Shown here piece by piece: positions 11,267 to 23,804 of a stretch of DNA of 64,000 nucleotides. The DNA is from Lepidodermella squamata (lineage: Eukaryota > Animalia > Gastrotricha), in assembly GCA_047495785.1 (NCBI GenBank), contig JBLDXI010000026.1, forward strand, positions 124,001-188,000, read 5' to 3'. Position 1 is the stretch's first letter. Every line of letters begins with the position of its first letter. Below the pieces are notes generated by a model. That model saw only the letters and a list, made by a program, of their open reading frames with translations. It was not told the origin of the DNA and made no database searches. The position numbers and the translations under genes were made by a program.

Positions 11267-13841
11267 TCGGATCAGAAAATTGAAGTCAAAATCAGACTCA
11301 GCAGGGTCGATAACACCCATAACAATTATCACGGCACTCGAATAGTGCATGTCAAGCACAGCTGCTAAGAAAAACACGATGTGGACACCCTGAAACGTGA
11401 ATTCAGCAGCGATATTCGCAGGTGAGCGACAGGTGAGTGTTATATGGGCAAATTTGATGTCAATCGATTGCGGAGGTCCATAACAACTTTGTTACAAAGC
11501 GGCAACTCTATAACAGTGATAGTTTTCTCAGCTGCTAAATTTCGCTGCTGACTTCAAGGCAGTCAAAAATCCCAATTTAGGGCGGGCTGCTCTAAACAAA
11601 ACGCATATTTGAAACATTAATGCATTCGAAAATGATTCATATTCCTTTTTGAGAGCAGATAAAATCATATCTGCTTCTTGCTTCTGATAACGAAGTATTT
11701 TATGGAGGCTCAGGGAAAACGTTATTCGAACTAATTGCCCTGTGACCCGAAGAACTTTTCTAGGCTCTTCAAAATGTTTTCTGGAGCTGAGTGAAACGTC
11801 CCATATTTTCCCAAATTCTTTCATGCTTGCAATACCACACTGCAGGATTCCGGCAGCCCGCGTTTTATCAATAGCTTTTTTTGTAATAGCACTACACATA
11901 ATTTTGAATGCAGCGATAAATTATGTGTACCTTCATGCTATTATAACAAAATACAAAAAAACTGGCAATCAATAGAGTAAATTCTGCATTGCGTAAATAG
12001 TTGCGGCTATGTAGTATATAGCCCATCAAGTAAAGACATACTCACATTTTTTACAATATCAAACATATATAATAAGTTGCATCACTTCGGAGGTGATTCA
12101 TAAATAATAGCATGAGCTTTCAGAATTTTCTTACGCATCATTATGATGACGCTTGCAAAAAGTTTAATCAACCCCGGTCATTTTCACAGTCACCGTTTCC
12201 CCATCTACGCAGTGACGCAAATTGGTAAGATCTTTATCATCAGAGGTATAGGTAGTGGGAATAAAAGCAAAAAAGTGCGGCATTTTTATTAGGCGCGATT
12301 ATTACAACATATATACCTCGACATCTTTCAGCCATGAAATACAAAGGCACGTTTTTTTTCTTTCTACTTCCACTTGATATCATGCCTGCCAATTTATCCC
12401 CACCTGAGGTCGTTTTTTTTGTTTTCAGGTCTACGCAGTTATTAGCTCTTATGATTGGCCACGTTGGATTCACACTTAGGTATACAACATATACAGCATA
12501 TATTTCAGCGGCTTAGGGGCAGTTAGATGAGCTTGACTATCATGCATTGTGTTGTAGCCGAAAATCTCAAACAAAACCCCAGCTTTTCTTACATACATGC
12601 TATATACCTACCTATATAGGAGTCGACAAAACTCAGTATTAGTATCAGGTTATACGTATAGAGCATCTGGTCGAGTGCGAAAATATTTTTCTCATCTCGA
12701 CAGTAAAGATATCAACATCACAGCAGGTGATCACGCCTACTAGCCAACCACGCCTCTATTTCTTCTCTGTTTGAGCACGCATATAGCTTCATTACCTATT
12801 TATCGAAAAATTCTCATAAACGAAAATAACAATAGCTGCTTCCGGGAAATTGCAATAATGCTATCGAATATTTGGAATGAATCATTTTTATTTCTCCCTC
12901 CTTTGCGATTTCTTTATATAGAGGAAATGTACTCATTCGAACCGTTTTACCGTAAATAATCCTAAATTCGGACCCTTTGAGCTTCGACTCTGAAAATTGA
13001 GCATACCTGATAAAAATTTGTCACATGTCACAGAAAAACAGGCTTTCCAGCGGTACCAAATTTGCCAATCCAGTGACAACCAACCGCACGGTGGGATCGA
13101 TTTGATATTGTCTTAAATTTCAAGCCCGTGGGAGATGAGACTGGAAAACGGACCGGAATGAAGCCCTTTTCATGAGCTTTTAAAATAGCTCAAATGGAAG
13201 TGGATTAGTTATAACAATATGAATATATTCATGAAGTGTCTTTAAACTAGGAACATCTTAGCTCCGCGCAAAAAAATACAGAAAAATGAGCAGTTGGTGT
13301 AAGATTGGGATACATCAAACCCAATTTTTCTTTATTTTTTTGCAACAAATTTGTTAATTTAAATGGCATCTGAATATTAATTAGCACCTCATGAATATTC
13401 ACATTTTTTGCCTATTAAACTTTCTGAGTCTGTCCGAGTTGCACTTTTCATTTTTGGCTAATCTGAACCCAAACTTGGAGCTAAAAATAGTTCGGGCGCG
13501 TGCGAATTATTTTTTGTTTCAACTCAAATTCGCTTCAAACCGCGCGCAACTTCTGATTAACATTGTACTTTCATTTACCATCGATTTTTGAAAAAATGCC
13601 CTAGCTCGATTGGCTGAAAGTTTGGAGCCGGCGCCAAAAATTTATAGATTTCTTCCCTTATTTTTCTAGATCAAGGGGATCTCCTAAATTTACCTGTCGA
13701 TCCAATTTCAACGGGTGAAGGTTTTTTATTTTCTTTTATTTTTTGGACGAAATCCAAATTTAAGCAAATTTATTAACGTATTTTGTTCAAAGTTAGGACG
13801 CATCACTGTACTCTGTGGAATTTTTTTTATAGATTTTTTCA

Positions 13842-16800
13842 ATGCAAAAATCAATATCCTATCAGACTTTCGCGAGATTTCAGAGGCGAGACGCAGTTTC
13901 TCTTCCGTCATCTTACCTCGCTATAAACCGTCTGGATGATGGATCTGTAACAGTCTCAGAAAATACTCATCATCACAACATACATCGCGCTTCGAGTGTC
14001 CCAACTTCTCCACCAGCTGGAAATTTAGAGTCCATCATCGCATTCGCTGATGATAATGCCAGCGAATTTCCATTCAACGATTTCGACGACGCCCTATTCG
14101 ACCGCGAATCGAATCACCGGACTAGTCAAACGTCGGCTACGTCGTTTTTCGAAGAAATCCACGTCTGCTTCGGCGAAGATCACGACCCATTTGTCGGCAT
14201 TCTCAATGAAGCCGGGTCGAAACATGCGTGTTGTCCTTTCAAATCCTTCCTAAAATTGCCACCTGAAGACAACGATAATTATCGCAAATTTTACACGATT
14301 TTCGGTAAAAGAATGCGGCAATTCGGCCAGATGACCGACGACGATGTTCGGTCGACTCTTTTCGACTATTGGTGCTGGAATTGGGGCGTAGGCCTGGACG
14401 GGCTTCGAGATTACCTTCAAGACGCTGTTGCGAATTACCAAGACGAAGACGGTGTTCATTGGCGGTTCGACGAATGTTCGGTTTGCCTCGCCGAGTTTCG
14501 CTTCGTGCGACGCCCGTCTTGCTGTAGAAAAGCTATCTGCTACCCCTGTTGGTCTCAATACGTCAAAACAACTGCTGCTAACTCGATGTCGGTACATTTA
14601 ACTGGCATGTATGATTTACACTGCTTCGGCTGTGAAAAGTTTGTGCCGTACAGCGAGGCACTCGGCTCAATCGAACCCGAAGATTTGAACCTGGTCCGAC
14701 CGCCCGGCCATTCGTCGTGTTCAGTCGCAAGGTGTCCAGTTTGCCTTAAAGTCCCTCCGCCTATCATGGTGTCTGGAAAATCGAGTCATGCGAAGCTATT
14801 GGCGAAGCTGAGGAAAAAGCGAGGCGGCCGGCCGTTGTTATGTGAACGGTGTAGAACTACATATTGCTGCATTTGTGGTATGGCTGATCACCCTAATGTC
14901 TCATGCAGTCAGCTGACAACTTCGGAGAAAGGCCTGTTAACATGGTCAAAGCAAAGAAGTGTCGCTCGATCTGATTACCAGGTAAACTCCTATAATAGCC
15001 ACTTGGACCTTAACTACCTCAAATTCGTGGAAAATTGCAAGAAATTGCCTGACAAGTTTTGTCAATTTTTTTAGAAAATATTTCAAGGGAACCGAATGCC
15101 TATTACCTATTGCGGAACCTAGAGGCAAACTTATGAAAGGTGTCATTTTCGAATATTTTGTTTAAATCATGACTGTATCTCTTTCTGAAAATGAGGACTA
15201 TAGGCCTTATACACAAAATTCCAGAGAATTTTAACGTAATTTATTTGAATTTGTTGAATTAATTGTGAAATTCCAGAAACTTCAGAAATGAAATTTTTTG
15301 CGAATTAATTATTCAAAATTTGGTTCCGCTACAGGCAATTTGGGTTCCACGTAAACTAAGGCCCATTTTCCCGTCTCGCATTGAAAGGCATTGTCCTGGC
15401 ATAACTTTATAGAACGATTAAGTAATAATAATAGAATCTAGGTGAAACTCTTTTTCGACTATGTAGTAGCTATAGGGTTTGTGCACTTTACTTCCATTTT
15501 CTGCACCCTAGCCTCCGATTAGAGTGCGTCTGAAAGCAGCTTCCCCTCTGAATGACCATGGCCAGCAGGGTGTCTCAATTGCAAACATGAATTTCACAAT
15601 TAATTCAACAAATTCAAATAAATTACGTTAAACCTTCGACTAGTTATATTCAGAGTTGCTAAAATTGTAGATGAGAACATCTCAGCACGATTTCACCATC
15701 CTTAAAACAATGGATTACGATTTCAAAGAAGAAATGGCATTTTCTTCGGAATTATTAAGGTAGTGAAGTCATACACCAGAAAAAACACCCCAATTAGGGG
15801 GATAAAAAGTTGGGCTTTTAGCTTGTGAAATCCCCTCTATTAGGGCCCTGTGAGTATCTTAATTCACCGATTTTCAAAATCTATCTAAATTCATGCTTGA
15901 AAATCTCTTTCTGGTGCAGAAAAAGATTTTCCAAAATTAAATTGATTCTTAATACAAGATTTATTATTAGGCAGGACAAAACGTTGTTCAAATTAAAAAA
16001 AAGATATTTAGATGAATTTTTTATGGATGTGGCTATTCGGACACAAAATTGTGTGTCACGTGTCACGCAATGGCTATTCGAACACAGTGTGTGTGCGTGA
16101 CTGGCTACTCGAACACAAGTGGGCGTGAAGTGGTGTGTGCGCGCATTCGGCTATTTGAACACAGCATCCTAAGTCACCTGCTAATCACCGAAATCCGGAT
16201 TTTAACAACTTTTCGTTAGTCCGGAAAATGCTAAAACTGCGAAAATTCGAAATACCAGCATAACGGGAAAATACCCGGTCCAAAATTCGAGCGCGCATTA
16301 GCATCAGCAATAAAGGCGATATAGCAATAAAGCAATAAAGGCCGCTCTCTTTGATTTTGGGTCGCGGCCATCGAGTCTGGCCGAAATTCCGATAAAAGGC
16401 TATTTGCGAGGTGCGGCGTGATTGCAACTGATAATTAGCGATTTGATAGCTCGAACTTGACTCCGCCGGACGTCAGCTTTCGGTTTTATTTCAATTTTTT
16501 ATTTGATCTTATGATAATTTTTTAATAATTTTACTTGATTTTCATCTTATTTTTGAATTTTCAGAACGCTCGCCGGTGTCCGAAATGCAAAATTCGAGTG
16601 GCCCACAGCGGTGGTTGTTCGCACATGACATGCCCGTGCGGTGCCGAGTGGTGCTACGTCTGCGGGCGCAAGTACCTGAAAAATCTCGCCTTCATCTTTC
16701 CAAGCCACATGAGCAATCGCATGCTGCCGCTAGTCTCATGCCCGAAAATGTGGTCATCAACCCCGAAACGCCTCGCTGTTCACTCGCTCGTCGGCCTCGG

Positions 16801-16909
16801 CATCGTAGCAACCGGCGTGCCTCTCGCTATCGCTCTTACCCCTATCGTGCTTCCAATATTAGGTAGTTTCATTCTGGCTCGAAAGCTGAAGCGCCGTCGC
16901 CGGCATTGA
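13842..16909 (+). CDS. RBR-type E3 ubiquitin ligase (RING1-IBR-RING2 plus C-terminal TM), RNF217-like, paralog A; true start uncertain
   Basis: Exon 13842-14981 (CAG|GTAAAC) carries RING1 (CSVC...CC...CYPC...CFGC) and IBR (CPVC...CERC...CCIC...H...C). Exon 16565-16909 carries RING2 CPKC...GGCSHMTC.C...CYVC, then HMSN and a hydrophobic tail. Confidence 0.85.
15230..15632. mobile_element. Intronic MITE-like element with 44-bp perfect inverted repeats
   Basis: tttaacgtaatttatttgaatttgttgaattaattgtgaaattc at 15230-15273 is inverted at 15589-15632. Confidence 0.6.
16030..16163 (+). repeat. Four spaced copies of GGCTATTCGAACACA-like motif in intron
   Basis: Copies near 16031, 16072, 16103 and 16149, separated by GT-rich spacers. 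Confidence 0.7.
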
Positions 16910-18369
16910 TCAAAACGATTTTTTCACCCTTATTTTGACTTCATGCAATCTTAGCGCTGAGGATTAAATCAATGCATTTTATGTGCTTGGACCGCATCAA
17001 AATCGAATGATATCTGCCTGTGATGAATAAAAAAGTTTATATTATCAGACGAGTTTCTTGTGTATCGCAACACGTGTTCCTGTCGATGAGCGATATGGGG
17101 CATTGGAAAAAGAATGAACCATCCATCCTGTACCGATCAGGTTAATATCCAGTGGAAATGCGCGCGCATCTATCATTTTTCATCGCGATATCATTTCTTT
17201 CCGATTATTTATCTTTCGGCCTCCCCTCTCTCTCGTTTTTTCCCCCATATTCTTGCCTAGCCATTGCAATTATCAGGCCCTGATCAAGAATATATATTGG
17301 CCGATTTCATGCGCGCAAATTATCGTTTCATGTATTTAGGCGGCGCTATTAAAGCAAACAAGGCGCGTCAGGTTTTTGTATAATCGATTAATAGCTTCTA
17401 ATATAATATCTGATATCATATTATATATTATTTGAACAAAAATGCCTCATATTTCCTCCACTGCTAGTATTTTCTCAACAATCAAAGCCTGTATGAACTG
17501 CAGTCAAGCTCAAACAAATGTTTCCCGAGCTATTATTTGTCCTCATAGTATTAATATAACTAAGAAAGCTCCACGGCGAGTATCGAATTTCTTATTATTT
17601 TAGCGAAAATCCGGAATTTATTGCGCTATTATTAGAGCCAGCGTAAGATATTAGCACAGGAAGAGTCTCTTCAGAATGATGTCACCGTTTCTATTTTAGA
17701 GTGTCTAAATCTCTTGATTCATAAAAAAATTCGCAAAGTTTTAAACGAAAATGTATAACATGCAATAAGTTGAAAACCCAATTTCGCATTGCGTGATTTT
17801 TATATAATAACAACTAATGATATTATATCATTATTTAAATCAAGAGAAACGCGACTTGCATTTTGCCATGTCACATTTTGCGCGTGTGGGTCTCGCGGGG
17901 CGCTGTGTGAATGAGACATGTTTGATAGCTGATTTTGTACACATTACCGCCGTGACCTCTTGACAATTGCGCGCCGCCCATTTGTCACATGATATATTAT
18001 TATACCATCACGTCGCTTTTTGTGTGCGCATATTACAAAAACGCGCGCGCTCTATCTCAATTTTCGATCACACATTCGGCGCGGTCCCATCTTGATTACT
18101 CGCAGCGGTTATTGCGACTTGTGAAAAATGCGCCCTCTCATGCATGTCTCACATTCGCGACATTGATTGAATACGGTCATTTTTTTGAGAATTTATTTGA
18201 GGCGGCTGATTTTATTTTTAGAAATCGCTCGATTGATTTTCACTTGAAACATTTTGCGTGATTAGGTCATTTTAAATTACTTTGGACTTTTTCCTGAAGT
18301 ATTATTCGCAATTACTGCGTATATATTAAAAGAAACTGCTGTATTTTTTGCGCCCATGGAAATAGGTCG

Positions 18370-21300
18370 ATGAAAAAAAGCAGCAGCGATACGAGCAGCG
18401 CGCTGGCCGAAGAAGCCGTCGCCAATTCGCTGCTCGATGACGATATTTTCCTGAAAGACGGCTGCGACTGGCACTGCCAGTGCCAACCTCTTCATCATCA
18501 CCTATGCAACACCCACTCGCAAAGAACCGTGCAAACCTGGCTCAGCAATTCGGTCTCAAACTGCGACGAACCGGAACCGCCGCTTGTGATGAAGAAATCG
18601 CGGCCAAGCGTGACTTTTAAGGAGGATGTCATGCTATTCGACGAAATGGATGATGACGACGGCGAGGAGAACCCGTTCTGCGCATTATACCGCGAATTTT
18701 ACCCGACTATGGACGACATTCAAAGATCGAAGAGTCTAACGGCTTCGAAATCGGCCGGCAGTCAGTTTTTCCTAACAAATGATCAGGGCGTGAAAATGTT
18801 CGATGGCGCTAGGTTCCACCTATGCTCCTCGTCAGATGCTGAACCTTTTGTAGGGGTTCTAACGATAAAAGCGTCTCTTCTCGCTTGCTGTCCTTTAAAA
18901 TCGTTTGTCATGCTGACCCCGGACCATGGTGGCTACAAAACGGCATTCACGCCCTTTGGACGGAAATTACTACACGCCTGTCAGCAACAAGGCTACGATC
19001 TGAGATTTGCCCTAAGCGAGGAGTTGTTTTCATCATGGTGGCGAGATTTGATAGGCGGGCTTGATTTAACCAGCTTCCTTAAACGAGCAGTCGAGCCATA
19101 CGTCGATCAATGCGGCGTCACGTGGATGTTTGACGAATGTGCTGTGTGCCTATCGCCGTGTCGTTTTGTTCGAAAGTCGTCGTGTTGTTCGAAGGCAATA
19201 TGCAATTCTTGCTGGGTCGATTACGTCCGGATATCAGCCGGAAATTTGCCAGCTTTCTACGCATCAGGCATGTACGATTTGCACTGCTATGGCTGTGATA
19301 AAATAGTTCCGTATGACGAGGTGCTAACGTCGCTTGACCCGGATGTGGTTGCCCTGATTAGACCACCCTGCGACTCTCACGCAAGGTGCCCGCGATGTCT
19401 GCAACCGCCTTCCCCCGTAAAACTGTCGAGCAATAATAATGGTGCTATTTTGCGAAAGGTGCGTAAGAAAAAAGGCGGCCAGCCGGTGAGTTGCACGCGC
19501 TGTTTGACGTCCTACTGTGGAACCTGTGGCTGTGATGTTCACCCGAAAAAATCGTGCCAGCAAATTCTGAGCTCAGATGATTCACTTCAGAGCTGGATGA
19601 AGGCACCTAATCCGGAAAGTCCGGAATATCCGGTGAGTTACTAGGCCATGAGAATTTCCAATAGAAAAATTGTCAAAATCCGCAAAAATTCAAGCATTAT
19701 TTCGAATAATTTCTCAAATCATCGGATTTAAAGTATTTCATTTTACCCGATGTTAGCGAATTATTCTTGAAAATTAATCGTATTATTCGGTGCGTGACCC
19801 ATATGTTACGCGAGCAAAGAAAATACCCGGAAAAGGGTTCAGAAACTCTAGAATGAGAGACGAAGTCTCATCTCATGGCCAGAAAAATTTTAGAAAAATT
19901 AAAAAAAATCGCAAGAATAGTAATCAGGTTTGTATAACTTGATAAAATGGGATTAAAAAATCCGGCGAAATTTTGTTCACCGGTGTAATATCCCGAAAAT
20001 TACCGAACCAGTTACCATTGGGGTTTTCCTGGTTTTCTCAATTAAATTTGTCATTTCTTTATTTATTTAGTATTTTATTTATTTCTTCAGTGAAATCGCG
20101 GATAAAAGATGAAATACTCTCTCGGTAGATTTAATTTAATAAAATTAGTTGAATTTCGTGCAAAAAGTTGGCAAATCAAAAAATAGTTCCGCAACTTCTG
20201 GGACACGCACCAATATTACCTTCATTATTTATGGTTTTTAGCTTGAGAAAATCTCGATTTTTTTTTCATTTCTTACTATACCATTTAAACATATTACTCT
20301 AGGCGAAGCTCACATAATAACATAATAACATAATAAGAAACCGCTTATTTAAGGGGGATTTTTTAATTTATACAGTGAGCACCGAAGGTGCGAAAACCTT
20401 GCCCCGCCGTGAAACGCGAGCGCAGCGAGCATCATGGGGCAAGGTTTTCGCCCGAGCAAAGCGAGGGGACGCTGATTTGATCGAGCGAAGCGAGAAAAAG
20501 CACTTGAAACTCTTCGAGCGAAGCGAGATCACTTTTCTCGTTTCAGCATGAAATTCGTTAAAAAATGCCGTTTTCATCGTACAGTTTTAAGGTTGATTTT
20601 TTAAAGTCGCATTTCACACCAGAAAATCACCTATTATGCACTTTTTTTCGTGCACAGTGCCTAATATTAGTGTGCACGACTGTTACCAGGCCATCGTGCA
20701 CACGCACTAGGTCATTCACACATGCCAGTACTTTAAAATTTCAAAACGCTATAATTCTCCCAATTTTAATTTAAAAAAATTGAAAATTTGCAGCCACATA
20801 ATATTCGCCAAGCGAAGACTAACAAATTTTACCCGATGAAAATCGAGTGAAAAATCAGCGAGATAAAAATTATATAAAATTCAGCCCATAATTAACAGCA
20901 ATAATATAGTCGGCCACGCTAATTACCTGAGTGCGCGCGTATTCCGAAATATAGGTCAAGGCGCCAGAGAAATTTTTTCACCTATTTTTCATCATTTCAT
21001 TTCAAATTTGTAGAGATTGACCGAAGGAATAAATAGCCGTGAAATATGCAAATTCCAAATTACGAAAAAATAGATAACTAGGATGCCTTTCTGACCCATC
21101 CTTCTCTTTCTACACTTTTGATCTATAGTCATCAAGGCCGAGAAGCGTCCATTTGTTTCTGGTTAAATTTATTTTAATTTATATGAAAATTACAAGTATT
21201 AAAAATAACACCCATTTTTCATTTGATAAGACATCAATAGACCTGTCGCTTATTCGCTGTGTGGGTGTGCTTACGTCTAGCTAATTTTTCCCATTTTCAG

Positions 21301-23152
21301 ACGCAAATTGTCTCTTTGAATCTGATTTCCAAATTGTAATGTCATAAACCGTTGATTTTCTACGATTTTCTGAAAATTTCAACTTTTCCCGAAAACAGAG
21401 GAAAACACCCCTTTTTGTTGATCACGTCAGCCGCAGCGGCAGCCCACTAGGATTCCATAGGGCTGCCGCGTAAAATTAATGAGACCCCTGCCGCGTCCGC
21501 CCGGCCCTGCCAAAAAACGTGACCCAGGTCACATTCCATTACCTGTAATAAAATCTCAAGCCCTGTATAAAGGCATATGCGCGCCGACCAAAGGGAGGCG
21601 CGCTCCTGTAATAATTGCATGACCTGGGTCACATTCCCATCCCGGTAAAAAACAAAAACCCAGAGTATGGCACGCGCGCGCCGACCGAAGGGAGGCGCGG
21701 CTCCGATAATTGACCTGACACAATTAAATGACCCAGGTCACTATTTTTGCGCGCGTGCTTCAGGCCGAAGAGACAATAAATGTCCCGAAAAAACAGGGAT
21801 GCGCGCCGACCGCAGGGAGGCGCGCTACTTTGTAGTTCCAGAATGCAAAACGAGATCCTCATAAAAATTAACGCGCTCGCGCCGACGAAGGAGGCGCGTC
21901 CACAAAAAATTAAACTAAAATTACACGAAAGTTTAATAATATTTCGTCTGATTTTCCTGACTTTGGTAGTAATAAACCAGATCCAATTGGACGCTTCTCG
22001 GCCTTAATGACTATAGATCAAAAGTGTAGAAATGAGAAGGATGGGTCAGTTGGTAGTAATAAAAATTGCGCGCTCGCGCCGACGAAGGAGGCGCGTTCAA
22101 AAAAATTAAAATCCAAATTCTAAATCAAGAAATATTATTTCTGATTTTACCGATTTTTAAGGTAATAAATACGGTTTCATATTTGAGTACAGCGGCCAGC
22201 GCGCCCTAATTACATATCAAGGTGCGCGCACTATTCCCTATATTATGTATGTTTGAGTACGGGCGCGGTAATTATCGGCAATTTAATGACTGGTCCTCAC
22301 TAGGTCGTGCATGATCCGTCGTGCACAGCTAAATTTTAAACGCGAGAAATTTATAATAAATGACCGGATCCATTACATAGACCTCATCAACCCGATAATT
22401 TTAATATAAAATTTTACCGTTTTATTTTGCACGGTTACGTTTAAAATCGAATGAAATGATTTTTAAAGCCTGACAAAAGTGAGACTGACATTTTCATCGT
22501 GCACGGCCGTCGTGCACACTATATAATAATGCCCAATGTGCACGATAGAAAAGTGTATAACGTCACATTTTTCCATTTAAATTGCAGTTTTATCGGGAAC
22601 GGTTAACGCTTCGCCTTGAGTAATATGTCTAATAAGGCCCACGGTACGGCTAGTTCCTCGGAAAAATCGCATAATAAGACTCGGCTTCGCCTCGCCTTAT
22701 TATGTGAGTTTTTCCTCGAAACTAGCCTTCCCTAGGGCCTTATTTATACATATCCTATCATTGTCGGATGTCTGAATTTTTCACCTGTGTTTACGGATGG
22801 ATTATTTTAATTTTTTATTTTCCAGAATGCCCGGTTCTGTCCGTCATGTTCAATTCCAGTGGCCCGCGACGGCGGCTGTCCCAGCATTCTATGCAAATGC
22901 GGCACAAATTTTTGTTATTCATGCGGCCGCCGCCAGTTAGTCTGCTCATTCCTGCCAAATCACACCTCGAACCGATTGCTTCCGCTCATATCATGCCCAA
23001 AATTGTGGCGGTCACAGGTGAAGCGCGCTGTCGTCCACACCGCCGTCGGCATCGGCGCCATTTTTCTGGCGCCACTCGCTCTACCACTTGGCATAGCGGC
23101 GTGTTTTATCAAAAAGAAACTTCAAAACAGTCGGATTTTTCGATGTCGGTGA
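18370..23152 (+). CDS. RBR-type E3 ubiquitin ligase, RNF217-like, paralog B
   Basis: Exon 18370-19632 (CCG|GTGAGT) and exon 22826-23152 (NARFCPSC...GGCPSILCKCGTNFCYSC...HTSN, TM tail). Same intron position as paralog A, and clearly homologous to it (FDEC.VCL, GMYDLHC.GC). Confidence 0.85.
21091..22049. mobile_element. Nested element with ~70-bp inverted repeats
   Basis: ctgacccatccttctctttctacacttttgatctatagtcatcaaggccgagaagcgtcca (from 21091) is inverted at ~21975-22049. Confidence 0.7.
21579..22095 (+). repeat. Five spaced GC-rich hairpin motifs CGCGCCGAC(C)NNAG(G)GAGGCGCG
   Basis: Copies near 21579, 21675, 21801, 21878 and 22075, each with a CGCGCC/GGCGCG stem. Confidence 0.75.
22631..22744. 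mobile_element. Miniature palindromic (single-hairpin) element
   Basis: aataaggccc...ggctagtt...cataataag-(ggcttcgcc loop region)-cttattatg...aactagcc...gggccttatt forms an imperfect 114-bp palindrome. Confidence 0.65.
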
Positions 23153-23549
23153 TTTTTTCAGAGCAATTTCACCCCAATTTTTTAATAAAATTTGGCGCAA
23201 AACTTTATTCGAAAAAGCTTCACGTGTACCGAAATGAATAAAATGTACCATTTCCGACTTTGTTGTGTCTGCCTTGTGATGCTCTACAATCGAACTCATT
23301 TTGTATTCACTAGTTGTTGGTTTCGCGGTGTTCATAACAGGTGTGGAGTCACATGACACCAGTGCGGAGTTGAGGCACGCAAACAACGAGTGTTATTGGA
23401 ATTTGGCTCATCGCCAGCATAAATAAATAAAGTCCACCCAGCAGTAATGGAAAACCGCACTCATTTCACGTTTTGGTAAGAGTAACTACGTTAATTTCTC
23501 CTTTTTTAATTTAGAATATTATTTTTTGTTAATTTCCAATCGAATTTCA

Positions 23550-23804
23550 ATGAATTTAACCGTGAAACGCAGTTTCTTGATTGTCGCTGTCTTATTGTTG
23601 GTGATCTCGCAGCCTGATCACGGGGTTAATGCTGGCTGTTCATTTTATTTCGGCTGCAGCAACGGCCATTGTTGGGGCTCGTGCGGGTCGCTGATCAAAC
23701 GCGGCACGTGTTTTTTATCGGGCCAACTCGGCGAATGTACAACCGACTCCGAATGCGACAAGTACCGTTGTAGCGAATGCGCCGATAAGTGTAAATTCGA
23801 CTAA
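23550..23804 (+). CDS. Small secreted 10-cysteine peptide (84 aa)
   Basis: ATG at 23550, hydrophobic signal (FLIVAVLLLVI...VNA), then mature GCSFYFGCSNGHCWGSC...C...CTTDSEC...CSECADKC. Confidence 0.8.
   Translation: MNLTVKRSFLIVAVLLLVISQPDHGVNAGCSFYFGCSNGHCWGSCGSLIKRGTCFLSGQLGECTTDSECDKYRCSECADKCKFD

Larger units (their letters stand above)
1..11518. mobile_element. Large Foldback/MULE-type (NOF-FB-like) DNA transposon with long modular inverted arms; left terminus lies outside the window, right terminus approximate
   Basis: Positions 1-~327 are the exact reverse complement of ~10940-11266. Both arms are built from the same 174-bp unit. A MULE-type transposase gene lies between them. The right arm continues with CATAAC-rich sequence to about ...ctataacagtg (11518). 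Confidence 0.85.
20290..22627. mobile_element. Non-autonomous TIR element (~2.3 kb, composite) in the intron of RBR paralog B
   Basis: Left end catattactctaggcgaagc and right end gcttcgccttgagtaatatg match 19/20 as inverted repeats. GTGCAC-rich subterminal blocks at both ends. The first ~335 bp recur almost identically at 63665-64000. Confidence 0.8.

Noticed and set aside
11510-11518. CACTG-type terminus suggesting a CACTA/EnSpm element
   Set aside because: The encoded transposase has MULE/NOF motifs, and the true terminus cannot be fixed without the left end.
11528-13700. Short ORFs and possible TE remnants
   Set aside because: I could not support any recognisable motifs, splice model or terminal repeats.
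20368-20577. ORF MKTAF... (also at 63674-63952) as a duplicated gene
   Set aside because: It lies within the repeated non-autonomous TE and has no protein features.
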